A DNA stretch of 64,000 nucleotides, from NCBI GenBank assembly GCA_963733035.1, contig CAVTBU010000007.1, positions 288,001-352,000 on the forward strand, read 5' to 3'. The position numbers were made by a program, and so were the translations under genes. Below are positions 50,373 to 63,300 of this stretch, piece after piece. This stretch comes from Pirellulales bacterium. GTDB lineage: Bacteria > Planctomycetota > Planctomycetia > Pirellulales > PALSA-1355. The notes beneath the pieces are model-generated. The model was not told where the DNA came from, ran no database searches, and saw nothing but the letters and a program-made list of their open reading frames with translations. Each line of letters begins with the position of its first letter. The first letter of the stretch is position 1.

Positions 50373-52231
50373 CAGGTGATCCAACGACGTTGGTAAAGAA
50401 ACCATTCGATGCCCGCCCACAGCCAGGCGAGCGCCACCAGATAAAACCAGATCGGCCGCGTGAACCAGCCGCCGGCCAGCGACACGGGCGAACGCGTTTT
50501 GGCGAGTACCTCGGGCACACGAATATCGCTTTCGCCACGATTGGCCAAATTGCAAGCGAGTTCGAGTAGCGGGGCGCTCTCATTCGTTTCGGGCGTTTCC
50601 TCGCTCAACTTTTCGACGCGCCAGATGCCACACTCCTCGAGCGGACCAAACGTTGTTCTTGTCAGCCCAGAGGGGAGCAGGCGCGATTCGCCCGAGGGTG
50701 TCTTGAGCACCAGCGCCGTCGATTGGTCGGTCGGCAAATCAACTTCGGCGACGGCCCCGCTGGCCAGCGACTCGCGCAGCTCGCCGGCCTGGCCGGCAAA
50801 CCAACCAAGGGCATTGGTGATCATGATCGGAAAGGCGGTTCGCAGGGCCAGATCGCCGCGGTCGAGATTCACGGTCAGCAGCAGCAGCTTGTGGCCGCCG
50901 TGCCGGTGTGAGAAATAAACCGGGTCGTCCGCAACGGTCGAGGCCAATACCGTGGCACCCGCGGGGAGCGACACTTTATGCGCCTCGGGCATGAGCACGT
51001 TATCGAGCCGGACGTGCCGCATCAGTGGCGAGTCCTGGTCTTGCCTGGTGACGATCGGGTTTTCGAGCACCTCACCCAGTTGCCACAGATCGGTACTTTC
51101 GAGCGGATCGATCACTAGCGCGTCGACCGGCGGCATTTCGGCGGGCACACGGCGGTGAAAAACATAAAGCGTTTCGGGGTCGTATGTCTCAGGCAGCGCG
51201 GCGGATACCTGTAAGTCGACCAGCGGATTGGCCTTGAGTGCCATTCGCAGAAACGTGTTGCCATCCGTAATCAGCACCACGCGCTGCAAGTGCCGCTTGG
51301 GAAGCACCGCCTCGGCCCGATTGTCGAGCGGCAGCGGGTCGTCGTGGTCGATGCGTGCCACGAGCTTGCCGCCGTCGATCGATGTCTTTTCGAACGTGCG
51401 GCTCCACTCTTCTCCCGGAGCGAGCACAAGTGGCACCACGTCGACCGGTGAGTCGTTCAAGTCGATCTCCAAGCGGCATTTCTTTTCCTTGTCCGATGCG
51501 TTCGCGACGCGCGTCAGGATCTCATAGCCAACCGGATCGGCCAGGCTGCGACGAACCTGAAAATTCGTCAGCCCCACGTTGCCGGCGCGCGTGCCAACGA
51601 CATGCAGCTCGACGCTCGCGTCCTTTGCCCACGACTCGCTCTCGGGAAAGCAGCCGTCGGTGAAGACGACCACGCGGCCTTGCGGCGCGTCGGCCAACAG
51701 CCGTCGCCCAAGTTCGACGGCGGCCGCAACTTGCGTGGGACCGTCCCCCGGCCGGATTTCGTTCAATGCGTCGCGCAGCGTTCGTTCGTGGCCCGTGAAG
51801 CCGCACAGCACGCGAGGCTGCGCGCCGCCGGCGACGATTGCCATTTCATCTCGATTTCGCAGCGTGGAGATCAGCTGCGCCGCCGCGTCGCGCGCGGCAT
51901 CCAACCGAGATGGTTTTACGTCCGTGGCCTTCATGCTGGCCGAGTTGTCGACCACCAGGATCAAGCGCCGCGCCTGGGCAAACTCCGATTTGAAATACGG
52001 CTCGGCCAAGGCCAACACCAACAGCGCCAGCATGGCAAGCTGCGCCAGCAGCGACAACAGATGCCGCAAGTGCTGCCACAGCGAGCGGGGGCTCTTCTCG
52101 TCGAAGATCTGTTGCCAGAAGATCGTCGTCGACACTGGCACGCGGCGGAGCGTAACCTTGAGGATGTAAAAAACGATGATCGGAATAGCCAGCGCGGCCG
52201 CCAACAGTGAGAGGGGAGCGAGAAAACTCAT
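50372..52231 (-). CDS. BatA-type N-terminal double-TM + VWA protein
   Basis: MSFLAP...IPIIVFYIL, DNSASM, FTDG, ESDI, C-terminal TM with EW..YQRR. Confidence 0.88.
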   Translation of the reverse strand: MSFLAPLSLLAAALAIPIIVFYILKVTLRRVPVSTTIFWQQIFDEKSPRSLWQHLRHLLSLLAQLAMLALLVLALAEPYFKSEFAQARRLILVVDNSASMKATDVKPSRLDAARDAAAQLISTLRNRDEMAIVAGGAQPRVLCGFTGHERTLRDALNEIRPGDGPTQVAAAVELGRRLLADAPQGRVVVFTDGCFPESESWAKDASVELHVVGTRAGNVGLTNFQVRRSLADPVGYEILTRVANASDKEKKCRLEIDLNDSPVDVVPLVLAPGEEWSRTFEKTSIDGGKLVARIDHDDPLPLDNRAEAVLPKRHLQRVVLITDGNTFLRMALKANPLVDLQVSAALPETYDPETLYVFHRRVPAEMPPVDALVIDPLESTDLWQLGEVLENPIVTRQDQDSPLMRHVRLDNVLMPEAHKVSLPAGATVLASTVADDPVYFSHRHGGHKLLLLTVNLDRGDLALRTAFPIMITNALGWFAGQAGELRESLASGAVAEVDLPTDQSTALVLKTPSGESRLLPSGLTRTTFGPLEECGIWRVEKLSEETPETNESAPLLELACNLANRGESDIRVPEVLAKTRSPVSLAGGWFTRPIWFYLVALAWLWAGIEWFLYQRRWIT

Positions 52232-53106
52232 GCGATGGCCCCCGCCTGCCGCATCATTCGCAGCACCAGATCATCGAATGCGACCTGCGAATCGGTTTGC
52301 GTGCACCCGATTGCGTAGTTGCGACAGTATTTCCGAACGGCTTGCTGATGCGCTTCAAACAGCTTGCGATAGGTGCGCAAATTCCGTTCGGTGACGGTCA
52401 CCTTGCGGCTGGAGCCGTTTTCGCAATCGATCAGTTCCACGTCTCCCAGAAACTCCGGCTTCGCTTCCCGAGGATGATGGAGCTGGATCACGTGCGGCTC
52501 GTAGCGGCGATGCCGGAGCAGATCCAGACCGGCCTCGAAACCCGAGGGGGCAAAAAAATCGCTGATCACCACGCACAGGCCGGTCCGCTGTTTGCGCCGG
52601 ACGAATTCCTGCACGCTGGCCGTCAAATCGGTGTCACCGCCGCCCAGCGGCAGGTTTTCGAGAAATTCGAGCAGCGTGAGAATTCGCGCCTTGCCACGGC
52701 TGAGCGGAAAATTGGCCCAGATTCGTTCGTTGAAACCCACGACCGAAATGCGATCCATTTCGGCCAGGGCGATATAGGCCAGCGCGGCGGCCAGTTGCCG
52801 CGCCAAATTAAACTTTTCCGCGCCGGCAAAGCCCATGCTGGCCGAGCAATCGACGAGAAAGTAGACGTGCAGGTCTTCTTCTTCCTGGAACCGCTTGAGT
52901 AGCAGCTCGCCGTGCCGGGCGTAGACGTTCCAATCGAGATAACGCAGGTCGTCGCCGGCAGTGTACTCGCGATGGTCGGCGAACTCGATGCCCGCGCCAA
53001 ACTGAAACGTCCGCCGCTGCGCGAGCAGCGAGCCGCGAAAGATCCGCCGCGAGACGAGCGACAGGTACTCGAGCTTCTGCAGGAAGTCGGAACCAAACAG
53101 CGGCAT
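52228..53106 (-). CDS. DUF58 protein
   Basis: GIEFADHREYTAGDDLRYLDWN, DCSASM, ISDFF. Confidence 0.92.
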   Translation of the reverse strand: MPLFGSDFLQKLEYLSLVSRRIFRGSLLAQRRTFQFGAGIEFADHREYTAGDDLRYLDWNVYARHGELLLKRFQEEEDLHVYFLVDCSASMGFAGAEKFNLARQLAAALAYIALAEMDRISVVGFNERIWANFPLSRGKARILTLLEFLENLPLGGGDTDLTASVQEFVRRKQRTGLCVVISDFFAPSGFEAGLDLLRHRRYEPHVIQLHHPREAKPEFLGDVELIDCENGSSRKVTVTERNLRTYRKLFEAHQQAVRKYCRNYAIGCTQTDSQVAFDDLVLRMMRQAGAIA

Positions 53107-53124
53107 GCGATGCCCCTAGGTTTG

Positions 53125-54140
53125 TCAGGCGGCCATGACCGATTCGGAAACCGATTCCAGAATCCGCTCCACGATCTGGTCGGCCGAAATGCCTTCGGCT
53201 TGCCCCTCGAAATTCAAAATCAAGCGGTGCCGCAGCACCGACGGGGCCATGGCTTTCAGATCGTCTTTCGACACCTGGTAGCGGTGGTCGAGAATCGCGC
53301 GAATCTTGCCCCCCAGAATCAGCGCCGAGCGCCGCGCGGACTGGCACCGTAGCGCACGTAGCGTCGCGTCGTGTCGGTGGCCAAGGCGTGCTCCGGATGC
53401 GTCGCCAGCACCAGCGACAAGCCATAGCGGCGGACCTCGTTGGCGACCGGCACCTGACGCGCCAATTGCGACATCGCCAGAATCCGATCGCCGGCCAGCA
53501 CCGCCGCGGCCTTCGGTTGCACCGCTTCGGTCGTGCGATCCATGATCGCTTCCAAATCGCTAATATCCGGAAACTTCACAATCAACTTGCAGAAGAAGCG
53601 GTCGAGCTGCGCTTCGGGAAGCGGATAGGTGCCTTCCATTTCCAAGGGATTCTGCGTGGCCATCACAAAGAACGGTTCTTCCAACCGATGCGTTTGGCCG
53701 GCCACCGTAACGCTGTGCTCCTGCATGGCCTCGAGCAGTGCCGACTGAGTCTTGGGCGTGGCCCGATTGATTTCGTCGGCCAGCAGGATGTTGCCGAAGA
53801 TCGGTCCCGGTTGAAACTCAAATTGTTTGCGACCTTCCGGTGTTTCCAGTACCACGTTGGTGCCGATCAGATCGGCCGGCATCAAGTCGGGAGTGAATTG
53901 AATGCGCTGAAACTTCAAATGCAGCGCTTCGGCGAGCGTCCGCACCAGTAGGGTCTTGCCAAGCCCCGGCACGCCTTCCAGCAACACGTGTCCACCGGCC
54001 ACCAGTGCCAGCAACGTGTCTTCGACAATCTGATCGTTGCCAACGATCACTTTGCCCACTTCGCGGCGCAAAAGATCGAAGTCGGCCCGAAACGCATCAA
54101 ACTGTTGGCGCAACTGATCTGTCACGGGGGAGTCGTGCAT
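53125..54140 (-). CDS. moxR: MoxR-family AAA+ ATPase, one base missing at ~53327
   Basis: [41 protein letters not shown]; +A restores [16 protein letters not shown]...[11 protein letters not shown]. Confidence 0.92.
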
Positions 54141-54363
54141 CGTGGAAGTTCCGACGGGGTGAGAGGGCAAATGCGAGCTGTCAACGAGGTTCCGGCACGA
54201 CAGCCCAGATGCTAGTTAATGTAGCCATAATCGTGCCGGAATCAAAACAATTCGCTCTGTTAATTCCAGCATTGCTACCATCTGATAATTTTAGTTGAAC
54301 TTCGCACTGTCCAACGGCACAATCAAACGCGTACCCCATCTCGCACGGACAGGAGGCGTTGCC

Positions 54364-57300
54364 ATGTGGCCTGCAACTCTGCGGCGCTACGCGTGTTTGG
54401 TGTTTCTGGTGGTCTTCGGCGGTCTGGCCGGGCCGCATTTTGTCTCGGCAATCCGGGCGCAGGACACGCCCCACGAGTTCGAGGCCGAGCTTGCGCGCGA
54501 GCGACAGATTGTCGATCGCTTCGTCACGGTGCTCGAGCGCAATCCGCGCCGTGGCACGGCGCTCGATCGCATCTACGGCCACCACGTCGAAAACGGCACG
54601 CTCGACGAACTGGTGCAGCAGTTTAACGATCGATCGACCAAGAATCCCAAGGATGGTGTCGCCTGGATGATTTTGGGACTGATCGAATCGCAACGGGGCC
54701 ACGACGCCGCGGCGGTCGCGGCCTTCCAGCAGGCCAGCGATTTGCGGACGGACGACGCCATGGCGGCTTACTACCTGGGTCAGTCCCTGATTCTCGTCGG
54801 ACAGCCCGACCAGGCCGTGGCGGCGTTCGAAAAAGCAATCGAGCGGAAGCCGGCTCCGGTCGATTTGTTGCCCATCTTTCAAGCCTTGGGTCGCGTGCAT
54901 CAACAGGCGCAGCGGGTTGACGAGGCGCTCGCCGTTTGGACACGGCTGGAAAAAATGTTCCCCGGCGATCCGCGCGTGCAGGAGGACATTGCCACAACCC
55001 TCGTCGAGGAAGGGCAATATGCCGAAGCCCTGGTGCGATACGAAGCCCTCGCCAAACACTCGGCCGATGACTACCGCAAGACGATGTATCGGATACAGGC
55101 CGCCGACCTGAAGATCAAAACGAATCGCTCGGCCGACGGCATTGCCGATTTGGAAGATCTGCTCAAGACGCTCAATCCGCAGAACTGGCTGTTCCGAGAA
55201 GTTCGACACCACATCGAGGAAGTCTTTCTCCGCAGCAGCGACGACGACGGCCTGGCCAAGTATTACGAGAAGTGGCTGGACAGCAACCCCGAGGACGTCG
55301 ACGCCATGGCCCGCGTCGCGCGCGTGCTCGCGCGGCAAGGACGCGTGCCCGAAGCCCAGCAATGGCTCGACAGGGCGTTGCGCCTGGCTCCTTCACGCAA
55401 GGAGCTGCGGTTGGCATTCATCGATCAACTGGTCGACCAGCAGCGATTCGAGGCCGCCATCGCCCAGTATGTCGAGTTGGACAAAGCGGATCCCAACAAC
55501 CCCGACTATTTGCGCAACTGGGGCAAGCTCATCCTGCGAGACACGTCGCGACCCAAGGCCGAGCGACAGGCCAATGCCGAGAAAGTGTGGCGCCGCATGA
55601 CCGAGGCGCGGGCCACCGATCCATTGATCGCCGCGCAAGTCGCCGATCTGTTTCGCTATGCCGAGATGTCCGAGCAGGCGCTTGAACTCTATCAAAAGGC
55701 TGTCGAGCTCGCGCCGGCCGCGCCGCAATACCGCGAGTACCTGGGGGAGTACTATCACATTCTCAAACGGCCCGACGAAGCGCAAGCGACGTGGCGCGAA
55801 CTGGCCGCGGGCCCGCTGCACACCGCCGCCAACGTGGCCCGATTGGCCGAGGTGCTGGCGCAGTTTGGTTATCTTGAGCAGGCGCTGCCTGAGATTGCCG
55901 AGGCGTGCCGGCTCGATCCCAAGGATTTTTCGCTGCAGCTCAAGGCCGCTGAAATGCAGGTCCGCGGCGAAAAGCTGACCGAAGCGCTGGCGTCGCTCGA
56001 GCGAGCCGAAGAACTGGCACAAAACGACGAAGAGCACGAAGCCGTGCTGGCCCAGCAAATCAAGGTTTACGTGCTTGACGAAAGCCTCGACGATCGCATC
56101 GAAACCCTGCAAACGCAGACCGCCGGCGACCAGGCAACCGCGCGGCAGTGGTATCTGCTGGCCCGCTACCAGGAAGAACGCCGCGACTATCCCGAGGCGA
56201 CCCGCGCGATCCGCAAAGCAAACGAGTTATCGGCCAACAATATTCCCTACCTGGCCAGCGCGGCGCGCATCGCCGAGTCTTCCGGCGAACTCGAACTGGC
56301 GGCCGACGAGCACCGCAAACTGGCTTCGATCGACCGCCGCGGCCGCACCGAGCATCTCCAGCACGTGGCGGAGTTGGAAACGCAGCTAGGGCGGATCGAC
56401 GAAGCACTCGCGGCGGGTCGCGATCTGATTGCCGCCGCCCCCGGCAACGTCGACACGCACCAGTTTTTCGCCGACTTGTGCTTCCGGCTAGGGAAACCGG
56501 AGGAAGCCCTGACCACGCTCCGACGCGCCGTGCGGGCCAATCCCAACGACGAGAACATCCTGTTGGCGTTGGCCTCGGCGTTGGCGCGGGAGTTCCGTTC
56601 GGACGAAGCGATCGAACTGTATTGGCAGGCCTTTGAAAAGGCGTCGGAGCTTGACGACAAGCTGACCGTGATCGGCAAGTTGACCGAACTCTACCTGCAA
56701 ACCAATCACTTCGATCGCCTGCTCGAACGCCTGGAGCGCAATCGCCAGGAAGCCGACGAGCGCCGCGAAATGACGATCTGCTTGGCCCAGGCACATCAGT
56801 CGGCGGGCGACTTTGGCATGGCCCGGCAGGAACTCGAACGCCTGCTCAGCGAGAATTCGCGCGATACGCAACTTCTGCAGCAACTTTCGAAACTGGCCGA
56901 AGCCGAGTCCGACTTGACCAGCGCAATTACCTACCAGGAACAAGTGGCCAAGGCGGCTCCCGGTCCCGAGGCCGAGTACCGCCTGGCAACGCTTCTTTCA
57001 CGTGCTGCGCGCTCGCAGGAAGCGGCCGAAATTATCGTCCGCCTGACCGCCAGGGAAGAGGACTACCAGAAATACCTGCGCAATGTCGACTCGCTGCTTA
57101 CCGCGCGGGAGTTCCAGACGGCGCTCAACGTCATCGAACCCAAGCTCCGCGAGAACCCCAAGGACTGGGAGCTACTCTACCGAGAAGGCGTGGCGCTGTT
57201 TGACGAAAGGCCGGAGGAAGCCAAAGCCCGCTTCCGCGCACTGCTCGCGCTGGACATCGAAGACGACGAACCCGGTGCCGCGACGAAAGCTCGCGAACAA

Positions 57301-60300
57301 GCCCGCAAACGGCGGTCCGCCACCTCCTCGTCGTCCAATCTCTCGGAACTGCCGTTCGTCCGCGTCGATCGGGTCTACGAGGTACAGCGCGCGGTCGGAA
57401 TCAATATGAATTACTACTCGTCCAGCCAGCGGTCGACGTTTTGGGAACCGAGCCGCTTTAGCGAGGCTCGCATCGGTGCCCTGGGTTGGTTGTATCGGCT
57501 TGCTCAAAGCGACGGAGAGACCGAGAAGCTGGTCGATGAGTTTCGAACCGCCGCCGAACCCGAGGACGCCTCCACGCGGGCGATCTGGGATTGGGTCTAC
57601 TTGGAGGCCGTCCGGGGTGCGAACCAGGATACTTTGCTGCCGGCCGCCCGGCGGCTGGCCAAGGCCGGCGATTTGGCGGGACACTATTTGCATTTGAGGC
57701 AGCTTGCGAATCGCAATTCACAGGCGCTACAAGCGGCTCGACGGGGCGGCGACGTAAAAGACTCGCTGCCGCCACTGGCACCCGAGGAGCTCGAACTGGC
57801 CGAACAATCGTTTGAAGCCGTGGAGCGGGGTTTCAGCGCTGCCGATTCGGCGAACATGAACTTTATCCGGATCTACCTCGGGCAGTCGATGATTGCGGAA
57901 CTGAAGCGAGCGGGCCGCGATGACGATGCCCAGCAGCTCTACCGAAAGACGCTCGATCGTGCAAAGTCGGCGATGGACCTGGCAGGCGCGGTGCAATTGG
58001 CCGCCACGCAATCCGATATGCCGAGCCTGTTGGAGGCGTTCGACCGCTTTGCCAAGCGCGACTTGCAGGAACAGGCGACAAAACCATCGGCCTCGACAAG
58101 CGTCCATCAGGCCGTTGCCCAAAGTTTGGGGGCCGCCATGATGCACAAGGATGTCGAGCAAGATAGCGCCACAAAGCTGCTCGACCGCTACCTTGACTAC
58201 CAGGTGGCCAGGGCGAATGAGTCCCGCAAGAAACGGCGCAGCCCAACGCTCAACCGGCGCAACGCACAAAACAATCAAATCTCGGTTCCCACCGCGTCCG
58301 GCAGTTACCGCAGAGTCCATATCACGTATCCCACGGCCAATTCTTATTTTGACAATGGCGACATTGTCTTTTGGCTCACCGCTTATGAGTGGTTCAAAGA
58401 GCACGACGTTGTGAGCGACCTGATCGGGTATCTGGAAGGTCGTGTCAACACAGCGGAGCCCGGCGCAAAGATCTACTCAATTCTGGCGCTGGCCTACGTC
58501 CATTCCTGGAACGAAGATTCGCCAGGGGCCACCAAAGCGCTGCTCGCAGCCGTCGCGCTCGAACCGCAAGATGCCGAGCTGCGGCTCGATCTGGCCCAAC
58601 TCTGCCTGCAGTCGCAGCAGTACGAAGCGGCCCTCATCCATCTCGACGCCATCGTGCCGCTCAACCAGGAAGCGCTCCGCGAGCGCGAACTGTTGGCCCT
58701 CGACATCGCCGTGCGATTGGCGGATCTCGAGCGGGCGCGCGATGCCGCCGGTCGGTTGTTCGGCCTGCGGCTCGATGCCCAAACGCAAATCGAACTGGCG
58801 GGCAAGATGCGCCGCCTGGGCATGAATGCCGAAGCCGAGGCGATTGTGGCCCGCGCACAGCGCCACGCCGGCAGTTCGCTGGCCACGCTGGCGGCGCTGA
58901 TGGGTCAGTATCTTTCCGAGGGCCGATTGGAATTGGCCTCGGAAGTTGCCCATCAAATCCTCCGCCGCTCGCGCACCTTGTCGAGCGCACAGGCCGCGAT
59001 GGGATACAACACGGCCGATTCGAATTACCGCACCGCGGCCCTTCAATGCCTGGCGCAGAACGGCAAGCTGAAGGAAATCATCGAGCGGCTCGAACAGCAA
59101 CTGGAGCGCGCACCCGTTCGACCGAGTTGGCCGAAACGCTGACCGAGTACTACACCGCGGGCGGCGACGCGGAGAAGTCGCTGGCGTTGCAGGGCAAGAT
59201 CGTCGAATTGCAGCCGGCCGACGCCGATCTCCGCTTCCGCTACGCCCAGGTGCTCTCCGGCAAGGGGAAACGCGACGAGGCTTGCGATCAGTACAAGCTG
59301 GCGCTGAAAAGAAAACCCGCGCTCTTGGAAAACCGCGGCTACGAAGTGGTCAACACGTTTCGCCAGGCCAAGCGGGAATTGGAGTTGGCAAAGTTCATCG
59401 CCGAATTGGATCTGAAGGGCCTGCGCAACCCCTACAGCCTGATGGATCTGGTGCGCAACATGCTTCGAGATCGCGCAGCGCGAAACGGGGCTGGCACTGA
59501 TGCGGCGGGCTTGGGACGCGTTTCCCACGCAGCGGTCGTACCTGCTGAACTCATTTTACGACGACGCCCTTTGGAAGTTGCCCGAGGTATTCGAATACGG
59601 GCGGCAATCGTTGATGCCGTCACCCGAGTCCATTCGACAAACGCCCTGGAGCGGCCTCGATACGATCATGAGCTATTCGCAGGACGGCAAGGCGAACACG
59701 GCGCTGGAAAGAGTTTTCAACGCCGCGGGGACCGGCCAGAAAATGGAGAAACTGCGCGCCGACATTGCCGCCCATGCCGAACAAAACCCCGATTGGCAGG
59801 CCGGCAAGGTGCTGACGGCGCTCATCGATCTGCGCCTCAATCGTCCGGTCGACATTCGCGCAGCCGTCAAGCCGCTGCTCGAAACGTCCACCGGCGACTA
59901 TCGCATGATGCAGGCGCGCTGGATTGTGGGGCAGGAGTTGGAAGCGCGTCCGGAGCTGCGCGACTTGGCGATTGAAGTCTATCAGGGAGCCTTTGAAAAC
60001 CAACAGAACTCAAATCAACAATTTCAGTACAGCCCCGGCCCGAAACTGGTGAAGTTGTACCTGTCCGCCGGCCAGCGTGAAGCGGCCCGCCAACTCCTCG
60101 TCAAAGCCGCTCGCGAGAGCACCTATGACAACTACGATCCTAGCTACGCCTCTTATCTGCGCGTGCAGACGCTGCAAACGATTGGCAGCCAATTGCAGGA
60201 ATCCGAGTTTCCGGTCGACGCGCTGCGGGTGTATCGAGACCTGGTGATCGGCGACGTGGACGAGGCCGCCCTCAGTCGTTACGGCCGCAATATCTCCGAA

Positions 60301-63300
60301 GTCCGCCGCGACGCTCAGGCCAAGATCGATGCCATCATCGGCAAGCTGACTGGAGACGCCGGAGCGGCAGCCGTTATTGAACTGTTGGCGCCGCGCGAAG
60401 ACGCCGCGGCCGACGACGCGGCGATCGACTTGATGCTTACCACGACCGCGACGCTCGACGACGGGCTGCCGAAAGTCGACAGCCTCGTTGTGCGGTTTTT
60501 GGAGTCGGCCGATTTGGGAAACGACGCCCTGGCATCGCTGCGCGCACAACTCGACAAGCTGGCCGCCAAACGGCCGCAGGACTTCAGCGTCTCCGTGGCT
60601 CAAGGGCTACTAACCGTCGGTTCGGCCGACCTGGCGCAAACGCAGTCCGCGCTCGACCGCGTCACGGCCCTGGTGGATGAATTACCGCTAGAGGATTTGG
60701 GTCCCGACCAGCGGGCAAACGCGCGACAGCGGATCGACGCCCAACGCCAGGTTTCCCTCTGGCTGTTGGCCCGGGCCTGCCTGGCAAAGAGCGATTATCG
60801 AGCGGTGGGCATGCGACTGGCGAACCGCGCGGTCGATGCCGCCCTGCGGCAAACCGATCCGGCCCTGGCTTCTGCAATGCTATACGAGCGCGGCCTAATC
60901 GCGCTCGACGCCGGCGATCGAGATAGCGCCGAGCAAGATTGGAGCCGGTTGGTGGAGTCGGCCATCGTCAACCCTCGCCAGCAATTCACGAAACGCACGA
61001 GCAAAACTCCCGCGCCCCCCTCGGCTGGCCAGCAAGCCAACGGTGGCTCACCCTCTAACAATCCGGCCGACAAAGCGTTGCCGGTCACGCTTTCGCAATT
61101 CAAGCTCGGCGCGGCCATGGCGCATCTGGCCGCTGAACATGACATGCCGGCTCTCTCGCTACGAACCGCGCGTGAAATTGTGGCCGGCGGGCTGCCTGTA
61201 CCGGATCTCAAGCCGACAACGACCACGTCGCGCAACGGTTTCGTGACAATCCCTGTCGCCTCGACGACCGGCCGCAGCGGCGTCGATCAGAAAATCTACG
61301 ACGAACTGGCCACGCGGATGTGGAGTCTGTCTGCGACTTGGGAAAAGAAACAGCTGCCGGCCGAGGAGGTCTGCGATCTGCTCGAGCAACTCGTCTTTCC
61401 CGCGAATCGGCCTGAGGAAGTTTTGCTATTTGAGCAAACGCTGGGCGACGATTGGTCGACGCCTCGCAGCGTGGGCTGCCTGCTGGCCATTTGGGCCGGG
61501 CGGGCCGGCCGCACCGAAACGGTCGAAAAGCAAGTTGCCGCGCGGCACGCGACACCAACCGACGAACTTGGCGGTCACGTGTTATTGGCTCAGATGTATC
61601 TGACCGGCCGTGATTTTCCCGGCGTGCGGCAACAGCTGGCAGCCATCGAGAAATTGCTCGATTCGGGAAGACTGAACGCCTGGGCGGAAACGGCCGCGCA
61701 CGCACTCGGACCGGCGTTTGACGAGGCTGAACTAGCGAAGGACGCCGCGCCACTGTTGGCGAAGGCCGTGGCGCAGGTGAAGTCGTTGGCAAGTGGCTAC
61801 AACAACCCCGCCATTAACTCGCCGCTTTCCAAGTTGATCCGCTACTACATCCGCAGCGGAGACATCGCTGCCGCTAAAACAGTTGTTGATGCCTACCTCG
61901 TCCGCCGCCAGGCGGAATATGCCCGCTACGGCGGTGATTCGCCGCTCGCGATGCAGCGGATGGATTTCAGTTGGGTGGCCAACGAGCTCTGCTTTGGCAA
62001 CGATTTGCAGACGACGCTCGACGCGCTGGGAAAGGTGGTCGACTCGGCATCTCTGACGCGGTCGACGCAAGTATCGTTGACCCGTGCCGTGCGTTATCTC
62101 GCCCGGCAGGTCGAGGCGTGTCCGGCAGCCGAGCGCTACGAGAAACTGCGCGACTGGACGATGCCGGCTAAGGATCGCCGGGTCGTGCGCAGCATCGTAA
62201 TCGTCGACGGGGGGCAACCCGTGCCAGACGTATTCCTCTCGGCGGATGACCTGCCGTTTGATCCGCGGCCGTCGTTTGCGCCTGTCTCGAACCTGACGCT
62301 GCTGGTCGACGCGGCACGCGAGGCCGGCAAGCTCGATGAGCTCTGGCAAGCGACCGAGCCACTGGTGAAAGACAAGGTGCCCGGCGCCGATGCTTTGGGC
62401 ATCTTGCTGGCCGTTGCTCGCGACGACGCCGAGATCGTCAACAAGCGAGTTCGGAGTTGGATCGCCAATTACGTTCGCGAACTGGCACTCGGTCGATCGC
62501 GCGCCACCACCGATTGGACCCCAATCCTGGTTGCCTATTCCGCGTTGCGGAATCCACGGACCGCCGAATCCGGTCAGCGACTGTTGGATCTGGCCGAGCA
62601 ACTCCTGAAGAACGATCGCACCACGATGCGCTCATGGCTGTCGTACGGCGTGGCCCAAAATGAGATGCGCGCCGCAGGACAGGACGACCTCTTTGAGGCA
62701 ACCCAACTGAAACATTGGGTGATCGCCGACAGCGCGCGCAATTCCAATGCTCTGCGTCCTCCGGCGGTTTGGGTGGCGGCCGAAGGACACGTCAAGCGCC
62801 TGAGCGGCAGCGAACTCGACGAAATCTTCTTCCGCTATCCGCTTTCCGGAAAGTTCGAGCTCACCGCCGACGTCCGCATGGGCGATGGGGCCCTGTGCAA
62901 CCTGACCTACGGCGGGGTCGGCTACATGCCGTCGCTCGACGAACGCGTGATGGTGCAGTCGTTGGCGGGCAACGACAGGTTCTATCGCGGACTGCGGATG
63001 CCCAGCTCCGATGCGCTCCGCGAGAACAACCCGCAGTGGTATCGCTTCAGTCTCCAGGTTGCCGATGGCAAGGCGCGCTTCGCGCTGAACGGCTGGCCCA
63101 TTTTCGAGGACCGCGACTGCTCCGGCACCAGTCCCTGGTTCGGCTTGTTCGGCATGGGCGGTCGCCAGGTTGTGGTGCGAAACCTGGCATTGCGGGGGAC
63201 GCCGACGATTCCCCGTGCCGTGCGGCTCGTTGATGGCAATCGCCTGGAAGGTTGGGCAGCCGATTTCGGCAGCAGCATGCAGCCCAGCCCCACGCTCCGT